From positions 60,700,001-60,764,000 of the forward strand of contig NW_024704742.1 in assembly GCF_018977255.1 (NCBI RefSeq): DNA of 64,000 nucleotides, given 5' to 3'. Positions 51,140-64,000 of this stretch are shown piece by piece. The notes below the pieces were generated by a model that saw only the letters and a program-made list of their open reading frames with translations, was not told the DNA's origin and did no database searches. Source of the stretch: Callorhinchus milii (taxonomy: Eukaryota). The translations under genes and the position numbers were made by a program. Position 1 is the stretch's first letter. Every line of letters begins with the position of its first letter.

Positions 51140-51239
51140 CATAAACAGAAGTCGCTGGGAACACTCAGCAGGTCAGGCAGTATCTATGGAGAAAGGAAAG
51201 TGAGTCAACGTTTCGGGTCCACGACCCTTCGTCAGAACT
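51140..51239 (-). mobile_element. Penelope-like terminal-repeat fragment
   Basis: Minus strand: hammerhead core followed by 'ctttctccatagatactgcctgacctgctgagtgttcccagcgacttctgttt'. Confidence 0.65.
51203..51239 (-). ncRNA. Minimal type I hammerhead ribozyme motif
   Basis: Minus strand AGUU-CUGACGA-A-GGGUC-GUG-GACCC-GAAA-C-GUU-GACU: conserved core, 5-bp stem II, 4-bp stem I, palindromic AACGUU in place of stem III. Confidence 0.7.
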
Positions 51240-53711
51240 AAAAATGGGAGCATGTTGGTTCTGTTAAATAAGTGGGAGAAGAACCAGAACTGCACTTTTA
51301 TATCTTTGGATTCTCTTGAGAGTACGGCCGGTCGTGGTGGCTTCCCTTCAGTTGTACTTTAGCAACTAAGACTTGTACTTTCTAATTCTTATGCAAAGAT
51401 AAATGGGATCTGTGACTTATTAAGAGGTGTCTAGACTGGCATATTGATTGCTTAATTTAATAAATCTGAATACTTTATGACATTCAGCACATAATCTGCT
51501 TGGGTCTGTGCTACTGAAATACGTGGGGAGGGATTCCACCTGGGTCTAGATTTATTCTATTTACGTAGCGTTTCAGAGCTTCCGTAATTTGGTAAATTCT
51601 TAAATATACCCAGAAACCGACTTCAAAGCTTGTTAATCTTTTAACAACTAATTATATCAAAAGAACCTAACAAAATCCTTAGGCTCAGTTTGCCAATTCT
51701 CTCCTTTTTGTGGAATGACCCATAGTGTGTTCTGACAACATGTCAAAGGCAACACCTTTTGCTACATTCCTTTAGATTTCTTTTCAGCAGATAACAATGA
51801 AGGTGCGGGGTATTTTTTTTGTTTGTGTATCATATAAAAAGCACTTGTCACAGCTGTATACAGACCAGGTTAATGCCTATTCTTCAAGAGTAAAGCATGT
51901 CCAACATGGCAGATGCTTATTTATGGTTTCTGCCTGGTTGACTGGTGATTGACATATCTTGTTCACGGAGTTTGTTGCGAAAACAGAACCAGGAATAAAG
52001 ACTGGAATTCGTGAGTTGACATAAAAAAATTTTTAAGCATAGTAGACCTTTGAACTAACAACTTGGAGTGTTACAGTTTCCAATATATTGACAAGCAACA
52101 GGTGGATTTGGTCACGCTCCATAATAAGTTGTGATTTTATTTTTCTTAGCCACATAAACGTGTTTCCTTTTCTGGTATCGGTTTCAGGAATAAATAATTT
52201 GCAGTAGGGCATTTTACATAACTACTGAGCTTAAGACATCCAAACAAACCTCTTTGACCGCACTTTTGGTCTGTCATCTTTGCTTTGTGAGCCTGAGCTG
52301 TAATCATTTATTTTCTTACTGTGCTGCCAAAGGCAGGAAAATAACAGTGTTTTTGATTTAAAAGTAGGATGATGACCCAGATGGGCTCATTAGCATTTTC
52401 TCCACTGTGGCTTATTGCTCTGTAGATTCCACTGTGCCTTGGCTGGAATCTCAGATATTGTCAGTCGCTAAAATATATCGAAGTCTTTGCATGTGTGTGT
52501 TTCTCTCACTCTCTCTCTCTCTCTGCTTCTCTACCTCTTACTGTGTGTTTGTCTCTTTATAATCTTCCCTTTTATGTTTGAATAGTGCCAAGATATCTTT
52601 ACAGGCAGCAGGACATCGATCTAATGCTACATCCGCAGAATGACACACCCAACAATGCAACACTCCCCCAGCAGTGGAGAGCTAACTTAGACTATGAGTT
52701 AATTCCAGTTCCTGACATGGGGCTTGAACCCGCAACCTTCATGACTCAGAAGTGAAAGTGCTACCAACTGAGCTAGGTTGATACCTACTTGGCAAAATGG
52801 TTTTGTAACACCTGCAAACTTGAATCTATGCAACATATTAGTCAGGCACAACACTGTTCATTTTTGGTTGTTCTGTGATAAGAAAAACATCAGAGCAATA
52901 GAAAAGGGTCTGTGTAGATTCATGAGAATGATACCGTAGATTTAAGAAAGAATTTGGAGGAAGAGTTTACAGGATTTTATAATGTTCGCTGTGTTAACAC
53001 AAGGAATGAATTATACAATTTTGCAAACTTCTTTCTTAAGTTTGTGCCAACAAAAACTGATCTGACGCCCTCCCCCACCACAATAGTAGATTCCAAGGGA
53101 AACCATGAGCATAAAGTTTATTTATGGCTTAAAAATGGTGTTTCAATGCTATAGAAAAGGGCTGTAAAAAAATATTGTTTTCCTGTAATTTTTCTGACAA
53201 AGTTCTGCTTCAATAACGGCAAGTCAGAAGCAGCTGTAGCATGAGGTTTCCAGATGGTCTTCCCAGGAGACACAGGGGCAGAGCTGCATGGGCTCACATG
53301 CATGAATGTAAGGAAGGAAGTTTACAGGTTTTACTAACTGGTTATTTAATTGACAAAAAGAACACATTGTGAAACACCTCAGAATTCACTCTGTTATCAA
53401 AATAAGGTTATTCCTGTTGTTTGATGAATTGACAAAAATGGGACATTATCTCAAGAGGTTAAAAGACGATTTCTTTTACAAAAATTGTGATGTGGAACAT
53501 AATGCCACAAGTGGCTACTGAAGTCAATGGTGTCTTTTAAAATCAAATTCAATAGACACTTGAATAATGGTATAGAGGAAGTACAGATGAATGGGATTGG
53601 AGGGGAAAGTTTTAGTGGACGATTGCATTGGGACAATTGGCCAAATAGCCTCTGTCCACATTTGTTGCAATTCTCTAATTTTATGAAATTTTACAATAAT
53701 GTGATAAAACA

Positions 53712-54262
53712 TTTTTGTCAGCCAGGTGTCTGACGTATTTGGAAACCCATCCCCATGCGTAAGAGTATCCAAGCCAAGCAGAATTCCATGTATCTCACCT
53801 ACACAAGGAAATCCCAGAGACAGATTGTTGGAATGGAATGCACACTCTCTCCCCAGAAAGTATTAGGCACAGGTTGGCAACAGCCAAGGCTAGTGAACCC
53901 CAGAGTGTGTGTTGGGGCAACTGCTGAAGTCTGACCAGCTTAAACTACAGAGCTTGACATTGGATATTCCTGTCTGGCAAGCTTTCCCGCTACTTGTCCA
54001 GCTATGACCACCCTACCTGATTGTGCTTTGGCTTGCAGGGTGAACAGGAGCTAAGTGGGATGACTCCCTGCCCCTAGTGACTGGTCTACCCTTTCAAGTT
54101 CTGCCTATGAGCCAGGCTGGCTGTGCTGTAATCGGCAGTGCCTCGAATACCGCGGACCCACCTGGCTCAGGAACTGGACTACCAAGACTTCCACAAAAGG
54201 CTTGCTTAATTCCGACATTCCATTGTACTGGGCAATGTTACCTTGGAGCCTGCTTACCTCCC
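53712..54262 (-). mobile_element. Unclassified repeat family X
   Basis: Colinear with 8933-9540; begins 'tttttgtcagccaggtgtctgac'. Confidence 0.8.
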
Positions 54263-55309
54263 CTTCCCTAGGGAAGATAGTCATGAAAAATACAGTCCTC
54301 CATGTAATTTGGTAAATAATTTAAACGCAAAGGGCTTGGAACAACCTTGTGGAACACCATTGTTTACTGCTCCTCAAAAATGTTATCCTCTTCTGTTTTT
54401 TATTACCAAGTAAGCTTTCTAAACAGGGAGCTAACTTGTCATTAATCCCATTGAGTCTTAAGAAACTTCTTTAAAAGTCTTGCATGGTAAGCTTTCTGAA
54501 TGCTCTCTGAAATCCCACTGGAAACAATTCCAGTGCATTTATGAGTTGGTTTGCCTATTGAATCAGGATTCACATTGGTAGTTTATTTAGAACTCGATTA
54601 TTTATATGGACACTAATAATGTTTGCAACACAACAATCCTTACAATTGATATAGTACCTTATCACATTATCAAGATGACTCAAAGCGCTTCACAGGATTT
54701 TACTGTGAAGTGTAGTCACTGTGTATTTCTCAGGATCATATTTCCTATATGCTAATTCTCAGGTGGAAGAATACTATGTGCTTGCAGAGCTAATTCAGAC
54801 TTCAGACACAATCCAGCCTTAGGATGAAGAAGCCTTCACTTGTGTCACATTTTATTATGGCACTGTTGTTGTGGAAATAAAATTTCCTTTCCAGGGAGTG
54901 TTGGCACCAGGGAGTGTGCCTTTCAAGATATGGTCACAGTACTTATCTACAAACTGGAAATTACTCAGTCTGGGACAGGATGACTTCATAGTGTTGCCAA
55001 TTGAATCTGCCTTTCCAAGATAATGAGGCTTATTTAGCCCCAGGCGTTTTCATTTTGTCAATATAAGAGCCTACCAGGGAGAAATTCCATCTAGGTTTTG
55101 ATTTATTCTATTTATATCCATCTCCTCTGTTTATCCCATCACTCAGTTAACATAGGCCTGCTCCGCATCCTGATCCCTCCATGCCATCATTGATGGCCTT
55201 CAGCCACTATGCCCCTAATCTCTGGAACTCTTTGCCACAATCCCTCCACCTCACCCCCATCTTTATCTATCTTTAATAATAATAATCCTTGCATTTGATA
55301 CAACGCCTT

Positions 55310-55586
55310 ATCCCACTGAGTCTTAAGAAACTTCTTTAAAATCTTGCATGGTCAGCTTTCTGAATACTATCTGAAATCCCACTGGAAAGAATTCCAGTAC
55401 ATTTATGAGAGTTGGTTTGCCTATTGAATCAGAATGGTTGTTCATTTTGAACTCCATTATTTATATGGACACTGATAATGTTTGCAATAACAATCCTTGC
55501 AATTGATATATTATCTTATCACATTGTCGAGATGACTCAAAGCACTCTTCACAGGATTTTACTGTGAAATGTAGTCACTGTGTATT
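55310..55586 (+). repeat. Copy of 54445-54727 inserted inside a SINE tail
   Basis: High identity from 'atccca(t/c)tgagtcttaagaaac' to 'gtagtcactgtgtatt'; host SINE resumes at 'gagacgtctcaaagcgc'. Confidence 0.9.
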
Positions 55587-56254
55587 GAGACGTCTCAAAG
55601 CGCTTTACAGAATATATTGTAAAGTGAATTGACTGTATTTTGTGGGTGAAAAATCTCACCTGAAGACCTACCTCTTCAACAGCACCTATGGTCATCTTTC
55701 CATCTCCCTTCTCCATTGGTTAACATCTAACCCTGACACTATATAATGCTCCGAGACATTACTTTGCATGAAGAGTGCTATATAAATGCTAGTTGAAGTC
55801 ATAGTAGCAAATTTGACACTTTCTGAAATAAGTTCTCACTTTTGAGAAGCCAGTTTTCTGGAATTCTTTAAGAAGTTCTTCACAGACCGCAAAGTTAAGA
55901 CAAGACAGAATTCAACAATTTGCCAGATTTTGTGCTCTCTAAAATATTACATCAACAGAGTAAATCTTGGAATTTTTCTCCATACATCGGCTCTCAGTTC
56001 ATTTTTTTTGGTGGATATTTCTTTTCCAATGTCGGTCTGCCAAGGCAGGTTAATAAAACAATAACAAGTTTAACAATCATTCCAGAAGCCTTGGGCCTCG
56101 CCTGCTCACTCAGTGAAAGTTATTTTTTGGCCCAGGAAAACATACATTTCTGGTGGTTTTGGCTAGTGTTATTTCACAACCATGTTAAATAAGTAGTACC
56201 ACAAATCTACTCCATTTGAGTTTCCTTGTTTCAAATCCGCCTGCAGATTAGAGT

Positions 56255-56556
56255 CACCGCAACACCAACGCTCTTCCCTGCTCCATCATCAGCTGTCGGG
56301 CCTTCAGCCGTTCTGCCTCCACCCTCTAGAACATCCCGGAGCCTCTCCACCTCATCCCTTCCCTTGCCTCCTTCAAGGCCAGCATCAAGACCTCTCTTTT
56401 TGATTGTGGCTTCGGTCATCTTCCCTACACAACCCACCGCACTCACCCCCCTCTATGATCCCAACCCGCAGATTGGATGCAAACACCTCATTGTCCAGCA
56501 TCTTGGGATAGTCCCCCGATTTGAAAGGCCTCGTATAAATACAATTCGTTGTTGTT
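56255..56556 (+). mobile_element. L2 LINE 3' end, decayed
   Basis: 'cgggccttcagccgttctgcc...ccttcaaggccagcatcaagacc' plus tail ending gttgttg. Confidence 0.75.
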
Positions 56557-57760
56557 TACAGTAAATCTCTTGAGGTGCTTTCCAACCAGTGTGAAAGGCA
56601 CTATATAAAATGCAAGGATTATTAATATTATTATCATTAATATTACAAACCTAAAAGCTACATTGTATACAGTGTTGCAGCATTTGCTGTCTGTTGTAAA
56701 GGATGCCTTGCTCTAGCTGTCTGCATGGCTGGTCTTTGAGCAGTCTTTTAATGCAGGCTGTTCCAGCCACAACCAAAAACTGCATGAGAAACTCCTCACT
56801 ATGGTGACAATACTACTTTAAACCGCAGGAGGAAATCTTACCCATTATAGACATGAGCATGACATTAGTTGAGAATAATGCACATTCCTGACTGCATAAA
56901 CTGTTTAATGGCTGTGGTTGGCAATAGTGAAGAGCATCTATTACACTAACAACTATTTTGTGTATGCTGTTTTGTTTGTTTTAAAACGTCTGGACTAAAT
57001 TGCAGGTTTATCTTGTGGTGCAAAGTTGAATATTTAATTGAACTTGCTTCATGTGGTACCATAGCATTTTTCAAGTGTACATTCTTCTATGGCTTTGAAT
57101 TAACTGTTTAAAGTTATCTGACCTTTAGAGGTGCAGAGGCAGATGCTGATTTCATTTTCATTATAATATCATGACCAGAACATACAGAAAAAACAGGTAA
57201 CTGGTAAATGTTCTTTGGCTGGTCCAAATCAAAGCTAAACAATGCAGGTGGTTCACATCAATGGTGCTTGATCACGTGCAGTAACTGCAATGAGACAGCG
57301 TTCAATTAGTCATTAGAAAATAACAGGACCCAGATTGCAAGAGCAAATACTTTTTTTTAGTACCATGTAGCTTTTTGTATTGGAGATGAAAAAAGTTCTT
57401 TAAAGCTGAGTTGATCAATTGCCGCAATTGTAATTTTAGTTTATTAATTTCAAATAAACACACTCCTGACACAGAGTGCAGAACATCATCAGTGTGGTTG
57501 TAGTACTAGGATTCTCTCAGCTTAGGTCCTTAGCTATTTGCCCACAATGCATACAGTCATTAGACTTTATGGTATATCGTATGAATGCTTTGACACGTCT
57601 ACCTGACATGAAAGGCATTATACCAAAAATAAAGATTTATTATCACTAATAATTAGGAATGCAGGTTTGTCACGGTGGTAAGATTGTCATGCATACCATG
57701 ATTTCTCTGTTTGTCCATGACTTTTCTTTGTGTCCTTGATTTTTATAGTGCGTTGAAAAG

Positions 57761-57975
57761 CAATAACAGCAAATTAGATTTGTTAAGCGCCTTTCACTTC
57801 AGGGGGGCGTCCAAAAGCACTGAGCATTCGGGGATCAGGATCCGAGTGGGGTTGGGGGGGAGGGGCAGAGTTGGGGTGAGGGAGGGCAGAGAGATAGGAG
57901 GGCGGCTGAAGGCCACAGAGGAGCAAGGCCCTGGAGGGCCTTGAAGGCGAGGACGAGGATTTTGAACTCTCTGTA
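57761..57975 (-). mobile_element. L2 LINE 3' fragment, rearranged
   Basis: Minus-strand FKILVLAFKALQGLAP and tail 'gaagtgaaaggcgct'. Confidence 0.75.
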
Positions 57976-58205
57976 GGACTGTGGGATGGAGATGCAAAGG
58001 TTAGGGGCAGATAGGCTGAAGGCCACAAGGGACATGGAGCAAATTGGTTGTGTAGCCATTGTCATTCACTGTCCCAAATACAGCTGAAAAAGGCAAGATG
58101 TGCGAAAGTTGGAGGACCAAAGACATATGTGAATCCATACCCCAGGAGAGGAGTATGTCAAGCTTTTCTTTTCACAGTACCTTTTACATATATTGACAAA
58201 ATATA

Positions 58206-58521
58206 TAATAATAATAATCCTTGCATTTGATATCGCACTTTTCACCTCTTTTAGATGTCTCAAAGCGCTTCACAGAATATGCTGTAAAGTGAATTGACTG
58301 TATATTTGTGGTTAAAACACAGCAGCCAATTGCGCACAGCAGTGTCCCACAAACAGTCGTGGATTAAAAATGACCAATTTATTATTGTTTGGGTTTTTTG
58401 GAGGGATTATTATCAGGCATGTGGAGTAAAGAAATTTACCCAAGGTTTCACCCTGCCTGGAATTGAACCCAGGTGTCTCATTTGCAAGGCGAGTGCTCTA
58501 ACTACTGAGCTACAGGACTCC
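58206..58521 (-). mobile_element. Young tRNA-Ala SINE, full length (short subfamily)
   Basis: Reverse complement of the 2452-2776 type. Confidence 0.92.
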
Positions 58522-61242
58522 AAGTAGAGTTAGAGAGTGATACTAGTCCACTTTGGTGTTTATACCCCATACAAGCCCCCACTACCCCCTCGCTCGCATG
58601 CACAGCAAGTTTTCTGTAAAATACTGTACACTGAAGCAATTTACTTCACCCATGAATGTGACACAGACAGAATCCTGTGTGTACAAGTGTCTACTTGACG
58701 ATTTCAGAAAGAATAATATCGACTTGTCGAGTAACACAGGCAGTGAAGCAGGCCATTTAATCACAGTGCGTTCCATTGAGAGCGTCAGAGAGAGAGAATT
58801 ACACAGCGAGCGTCTGACAACAGCCTTGGCCTGTGTATGTGTGGAGGGAGGGAGGAGATGGGGAAGAATGTGCTTATTGAAAGAAAATTGAAGAAGTAAA
58901 GAGCTGCAGGCTTTCATCCATCAATGAAAGAAAAAAACTTGTAATTTTATAGGACTGGAACATTTCAGAGTAAATGTTTTTCGGGCAAATGCACCAGTGA
59001 AAATGCCAGCAAATTCGCAGAAACAACTAGCATGAACAATTAATCTGGAAGATATTTTTGGCCAAGATAAAGGAAATACTCTCTTCTCTTTTGAAAGAGT
59101 GTTATGTGATTATGTGATCTTTAACACTCACGTGAAACAGATAGATAGGACGTCACTTTATTGCCTCATCCAAAAGACAAAACCTCCATTGTGCAATATT
59201 GTCAGAAGTGTTAACTGTCCCTAGATCAATGAGTTTTAGATCCAATGTGGGAGTTGAAACTACAACTTTCTGACCTAGAGGCAAACATGCTTCCAATGAG
59301 CCAAAATAACACGCAATGTTGTATCATTCTTATTTTCCCCTATTTCAACTTACTGTAGATGATGGAAAATATACAAACTGGCAAGAAGTTACTAAATGCG
59401 AAACAACTTTAATCCACTCCCCAGGGGTTTTCGATTTTTCTTATTTTGGTTTCGAAAGTTAAGTCTGCAATTTATTCATTAGTTTTGAATTCCCTGATGG
59501 TATTGAAAGTCATTCATGTCAGGACCATTAATTTTCGCACTAATGTGTCGCTTGCAGCTGAGATATAACAACAACAACTTGGATTTATATAGCACCCTCC
59601 ATGCCAGATGGCATCTCGGAGCGCTCATACATACACTTTCAGCGTATCTCGGCTTAATGTCATGGAAAATTATAACTTACACACAGAACTGCATGACAAA
59701 AATCATAGCAGAAGCTTTCCTTGTTATGTAGCCACTTTTTTGGCATTGAGACTTTATTGAGCAATTTGAACTTGTCATTGTAACTTCAAGCTGTGTATGT
59801 CTGTAAAGTGGTTTTGCCAATAAACAATGTTTCTCTGTTTGCTCCTTGTATTAATGACCAGTTTTCTGATGCCCAAGTCATACTTTACTACCAAGTTTGG
59901 ATGAATTTATATGGTTGCCTTGGTAAATCAATGGTAGAATTGGCTTCATGGCTAGTTGTGGGACTTTGTTGTCTATCACTGACCTGTAGTGTTTGTGTAC
60001 AAAATACAGAAACTTTATCGATTATTGGCAATGTTGGTAACGTCTGTCTCGTTCTACAGGTTGCAGTGAAGAACCTGAGACTACTATTGGAAATTTATTA
60101 GAATATACCTGTAATTTTTTTAATCTAAAATATTTAACAAACATACATACAACAATGTAAAATTAAAATAATTATGTAACTCAGTGGAAATCATCCTTCA
60201 ATATGTCCTGGCCAACAATCCTCCAAATAAAATTGGTCATTCACTTCATAGTGATTTGTGGGACATTGTTGTGTGCAAATTGGCTGCCGCATTCACCGTC
60301 AAAATACAGTTACTATATTTGGCAAGTGCTTTAAGATGTCCTTCCGATGTGAAGGGTGCTACATCAAATGTAAGGATTATTATTATTTTATTATTTTGAT
60401 GACTTTGAGAAGGAGGGGGAAGGTCTTCTCCGCGGATCTGATCTTCCACTCAAACCTTCAGCACAATGGTTAAGCTACTGGAGTTCACAATGTGCAGCAC
60501 TCTGAGTGCCAATTTCTCGATCCTGTCTTAACTTCATGTTTTTTTTAGTGAGTTAATCTGGTAAATTCTGTGATTCAATGTAATTCTATATATTTTTCTA
60601 TTTGAATTAGTTTTAATAGGGAATCAGGCAAATATTTGAAAGAGAAAAAAAATCAAAGGGGATAATGCTTACATGGGCCCCAAAACCATCTATTAGGCTA
60701 AAACGTTCTGCAATTCTATAAATTGCCCTTATATATAGAATTACATAGAATGTTATAGCAAGGCAACAGGCCATATGGGTGAATGAGTACATGTTTTATA
60801 CTTTCCATATGAGCCTCCACTCCTCTGAATACCTTCTCCCAAACTTTACTATTTTCTTGTCCCTCATGTTTACAAATAAAATAGCAATATTAGTTCTGAC
60901 CATGCTTCATAAATGTTACTGTCTGATATTTTCATATATATAATGCATATTAATATAATCATACAGCATAGGTTTATGTGAGTAAATCACATAAATGAGC
61001 AATATATGAAAAGTAATTAACACAAATAATTATGCTCTAATAATGAAAATATTGTATTGATAATAATCATCTAATTTCACTCTTAATTCCAGTACTTGCC
61101 TGGTGAAAATATAGCTGATTTTTAAATAAATATAGCTCTGTTTGATGATTAACAATGTATTTACTTTATGTGGTCCTTAACTCCATAACAGAAACCATCC
61201 CTCTAAATCTTTACTTTCCCACACAGGACATTCTCAACATCT

Positions 61243-61553
61243 AGTCCTGTAGCTCATTGGTTAGAGCACTCGCCTTGCAAGCGAGACACCTGGGTTCAAT
61301 TCCAAGCAGGGCGAAACCTTGGGCAAGTTTCCTTAATCCACACACCTAATAATAGTCCCTCCAATAACAATAATAAATTGGTCATTTTCAATCCAAGACT
61401 GTTTGTGGGACACTGCTGTGCGTAATTGGCTGCCGCTTTTTCCCCCACAAATATACGGTCAATTCACTTTACAGTCTATTCTGTGAAACGCTTAGAGACG
61501 TCAAGAAGACGTGAAAAGCGCTATATCAAATGCAAGGATTATTATTATTATTA
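61243..61553 (+). mobile_element. Young tRNA-Ala SINE, full length (short subfamily)
   Basis: Head, body and (ATT)n tail as in 2452-2776. Confidence 0.92.
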
Positions 61554-61564
61554 TCTATACCTTA

Positions 61565-62730
61565 CTATCACAAGCTTGGTTCAGATGAAGAATTGATTTC
61601 CTATCCAGCCCATCCCATCTCATGCCTCCAGTACACCCAATATACCATTTTCCTTTCACAGCATCAAGCTGCTTTTTAAATGAGTTCAGTGTCCTGGCTA
61701 CAATCATCCTTCCTGGCAACCTATTCCAGTCATTGATTGCCCTCTAGGTAAAGAAAATCTTCCTGGTATCTGTTCTGAAATTGCCTTTTACAACTCTAAA
61801 TCTAAGTCTTCTTGTTCTACGGTCTTGTTATATCCTAAAGTATTTATCTAGGATTACTTTTTCAATCCCATTTAAAATGTTATACAACTATACGAGGTCC
61901 CCTCTGAGTTGTCTTCACTTAAGTCTGAAGAGCCCTAGTTTGTCTAATCGTTGGTCATAACTTAATCCTTTAATAAAACATGGGATGATCCTTGTTGTTC
62001 TAGTCTGCACTGCCTCTAGGGACTAGTCAGTCACAGAAGGGCCTTATTGACAAGAACTGTAGGCAGTACTCAAGATGTGGTCTGACCATAGCACTATACA
62101 GCCTAAGAATGACTGGATGTTGGGCTGTATTATTATATCAGATGAGTTTAGATGGCCATCTAAACTCAACCGATTTAATAGTATAGCCCAGCATCCTGTT
62201 TGTCTTGCTTATTGCTGCTTCACAGTTTTGACACGATGCGCAATGATTCAACTAACATCCCCAGATTTCTTTCAGCTTCCCTCTGGGACGGTTCTCTTTC
62301 ATTAAGAAATGGTTATGTTTCCTAGTCTTGCATCCTATATGTAGTACCTTGCATTTATCTGTGTTAAATTTAATTTGCCAGTTATCAGCCCATGTGTGTA
62401 CCCTATCAAGTTCTTTTTGTAGGACCTTTACTGCCTCCTCTGATTCCCAACTTGATGTCATCTGCAAATTTAACTATGTTACACTGTGATTCAAAATTAT
62501 TAATGGTGAATCCTGTTATACACATCTATGAAGTCCCCTCTGAGATGTCTCAAGATTGAAAAGCTCTAGCTTGTCTATTCATTGTTTATATCTCATTTCT
62601 CTAACACTGGGGATCATATTCAATGCTCTCCTCTGCATTGTTGAGGTGGCCAGAACTGTATGCAGTTGTCTAGGTGTAGCCTGACCAGAGCACTATGCAG
62701 CCCAAGTATGATGTCAGGGGATCTCAACTC
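61565..62730 (-). mobile_element. Cluster of CR1-type LINE fragments
   Basis: Minus-strand LQKELDRVHTWADNWQIKFNTDKCKVLHIG (62252-62467) plus two overlapping-homology ORF2 C-terminal segments and a 3' UTR. Confidence 0.85.
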
Positions 62731-62966
62731 AACTGACTTACCATCAAGTCCTGTCCCTTGATTGTGTTAAGAAAGCCAGGCTCTCAGTGTTAATAGTTGG
62801 GGATGGTTATAACAATAAAAGTAAATGAGATGAAATGGGGATAACATCTGTCCAATAAGAAAGTAAGCAGAAAATGTTTATATGGGATCTTCTCAGCGAC
62901 GATGAGTGCATAGCATTGTGTTGCACATTCTCTAACGGGAGAGTTGTAATTCCCCCAATAATTGTT

Positions 62967-63283
62967 GGAGTCCTGTAGCTCAGTGGTTGGAGCACTCGCT
63001 TTGCAAGTGAGAGACCTGAGTTCAATTCCAGGCAGGGCGAAACCTTGGGCAAGTTTCCTTACTCCACACTCCTAATGATAATCCCTCCAAAACCAAAAAC
63101 AATAATAAATTGGTCATTTTCAATCTACGACTGTTTGTGGGACATTGCTGTACGCAATTGGCTGCCGCGTTTGCCCACAAATATACAGTCAATTCACTTT
63201 ACATTGTGTTCTGTGAAGCGCTTTGGGACGTCTCCCGACGTGAAAAGCGCTATATCAAATGCAAGGATTATTATTATTATTAT
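62967..63283 (+). mobile_element. Young tRNA-Ala SINE, full length (short subfamily)
   Basis: Nearly identical to 2452-2776. Confidence 0.93.
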
Positions 63284-64000
63284 AATTGCAAGAATTATTT
63301 TATTTAGACAAGACCTTGGAAGGACAGCCCGATGCAGCAACCCCCCCTCCCCAGCACTGCAAGGTCAAAGTCCCAGTCCTTGGTGGCACTGACTTTCATT
63401 TTCGGTAAATAATCTTTGTATTTGGTAAAGCGCATTGCATGTCAAGAGGAAGTCTCAAAACGCTTCAGAGGATATACTGTAAGTGTAATGACTGTGCATT
63501 TGTAGGCAAATGAGCAACCAATTTGTGCACAAAAATGTCCCACCAACTTCCATGAAGTGAATAATAAATTTTATGTGGGGCTATTGCTGACAAGGGCACT
63601 GGAAGAAACTTACTTCTCCTTTCAAATAGTGCCATGAGATCTTTTACAGCCACCTGACTCAGCTGGAAGCATTATTGTTTCAGAGTCAGAAGGATGTAGG
63701 TTCAATTCCAAATTTAGGACTTTGAACTCACATAGTCTCTGCCACTGTCAAGGGCTCTGGGATGCTACACTGCATGAAGGGCCCTATACAAATGCATTTT
63801 GTGGTTGTTGTTGTTGACACTCTATTCTAGTGCTGCCTTTTTGCGTTGAAAGGCACAATATCAAATGCAATCATTATTTTATTAAGACAGGATCTTGGAA
63901 GGATAGCATAATGCAGCATAGTCCCAGCACTGCAAGGTAAAACTCCCAAAGGGCACTATATAAATGCAAGTTGTAATTTTTGTACAGTAAGGAGTTTGCT

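Overview
Eukaryotic, repeat-rich vertebrate DNA. The repeat inventory (tRNA-derived SINEs with L2-type tails, Deu-domain SINEs, CR1 and L2 LINE relics, an LF-SINE-like relic, Penelope-like fragments) fits a cartilaginous fish; this is an inference. About 28 kb of intergenic sequence precedes a CpG-rich promoter region (~28.4-32.3 kb). That region holds an E-box/TATA/Inr module, long TG and polypurine tracts, and one probable + strand exon (acidic peptide, strong GAG|GTAAGT donor at 31201/31202). The rest looks like a single long intron. The gene could not be named, and almost all listed ORFs are repeat artefacts. I found no novel protein-coding system. The best leads are: (1) an intact minimal type I hammerhead ribozyme in a Penelope-like fragment, with decayed siblings; (2) an unclassified ~600-bp oligo(A)-ended, 5'-variable non-coding retroposon family (~10 copies); (3) a modular tRNA-Ala SINE with a visible subfamily deletion; (4) several short local duplications, including a near-perfect 220-bp inverted repeat; (5) a palindromic 22-bp minisatellite next to the exon. 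Family names come from recalled consensus similarity, not database searches, and repeat boundaries are approximate.
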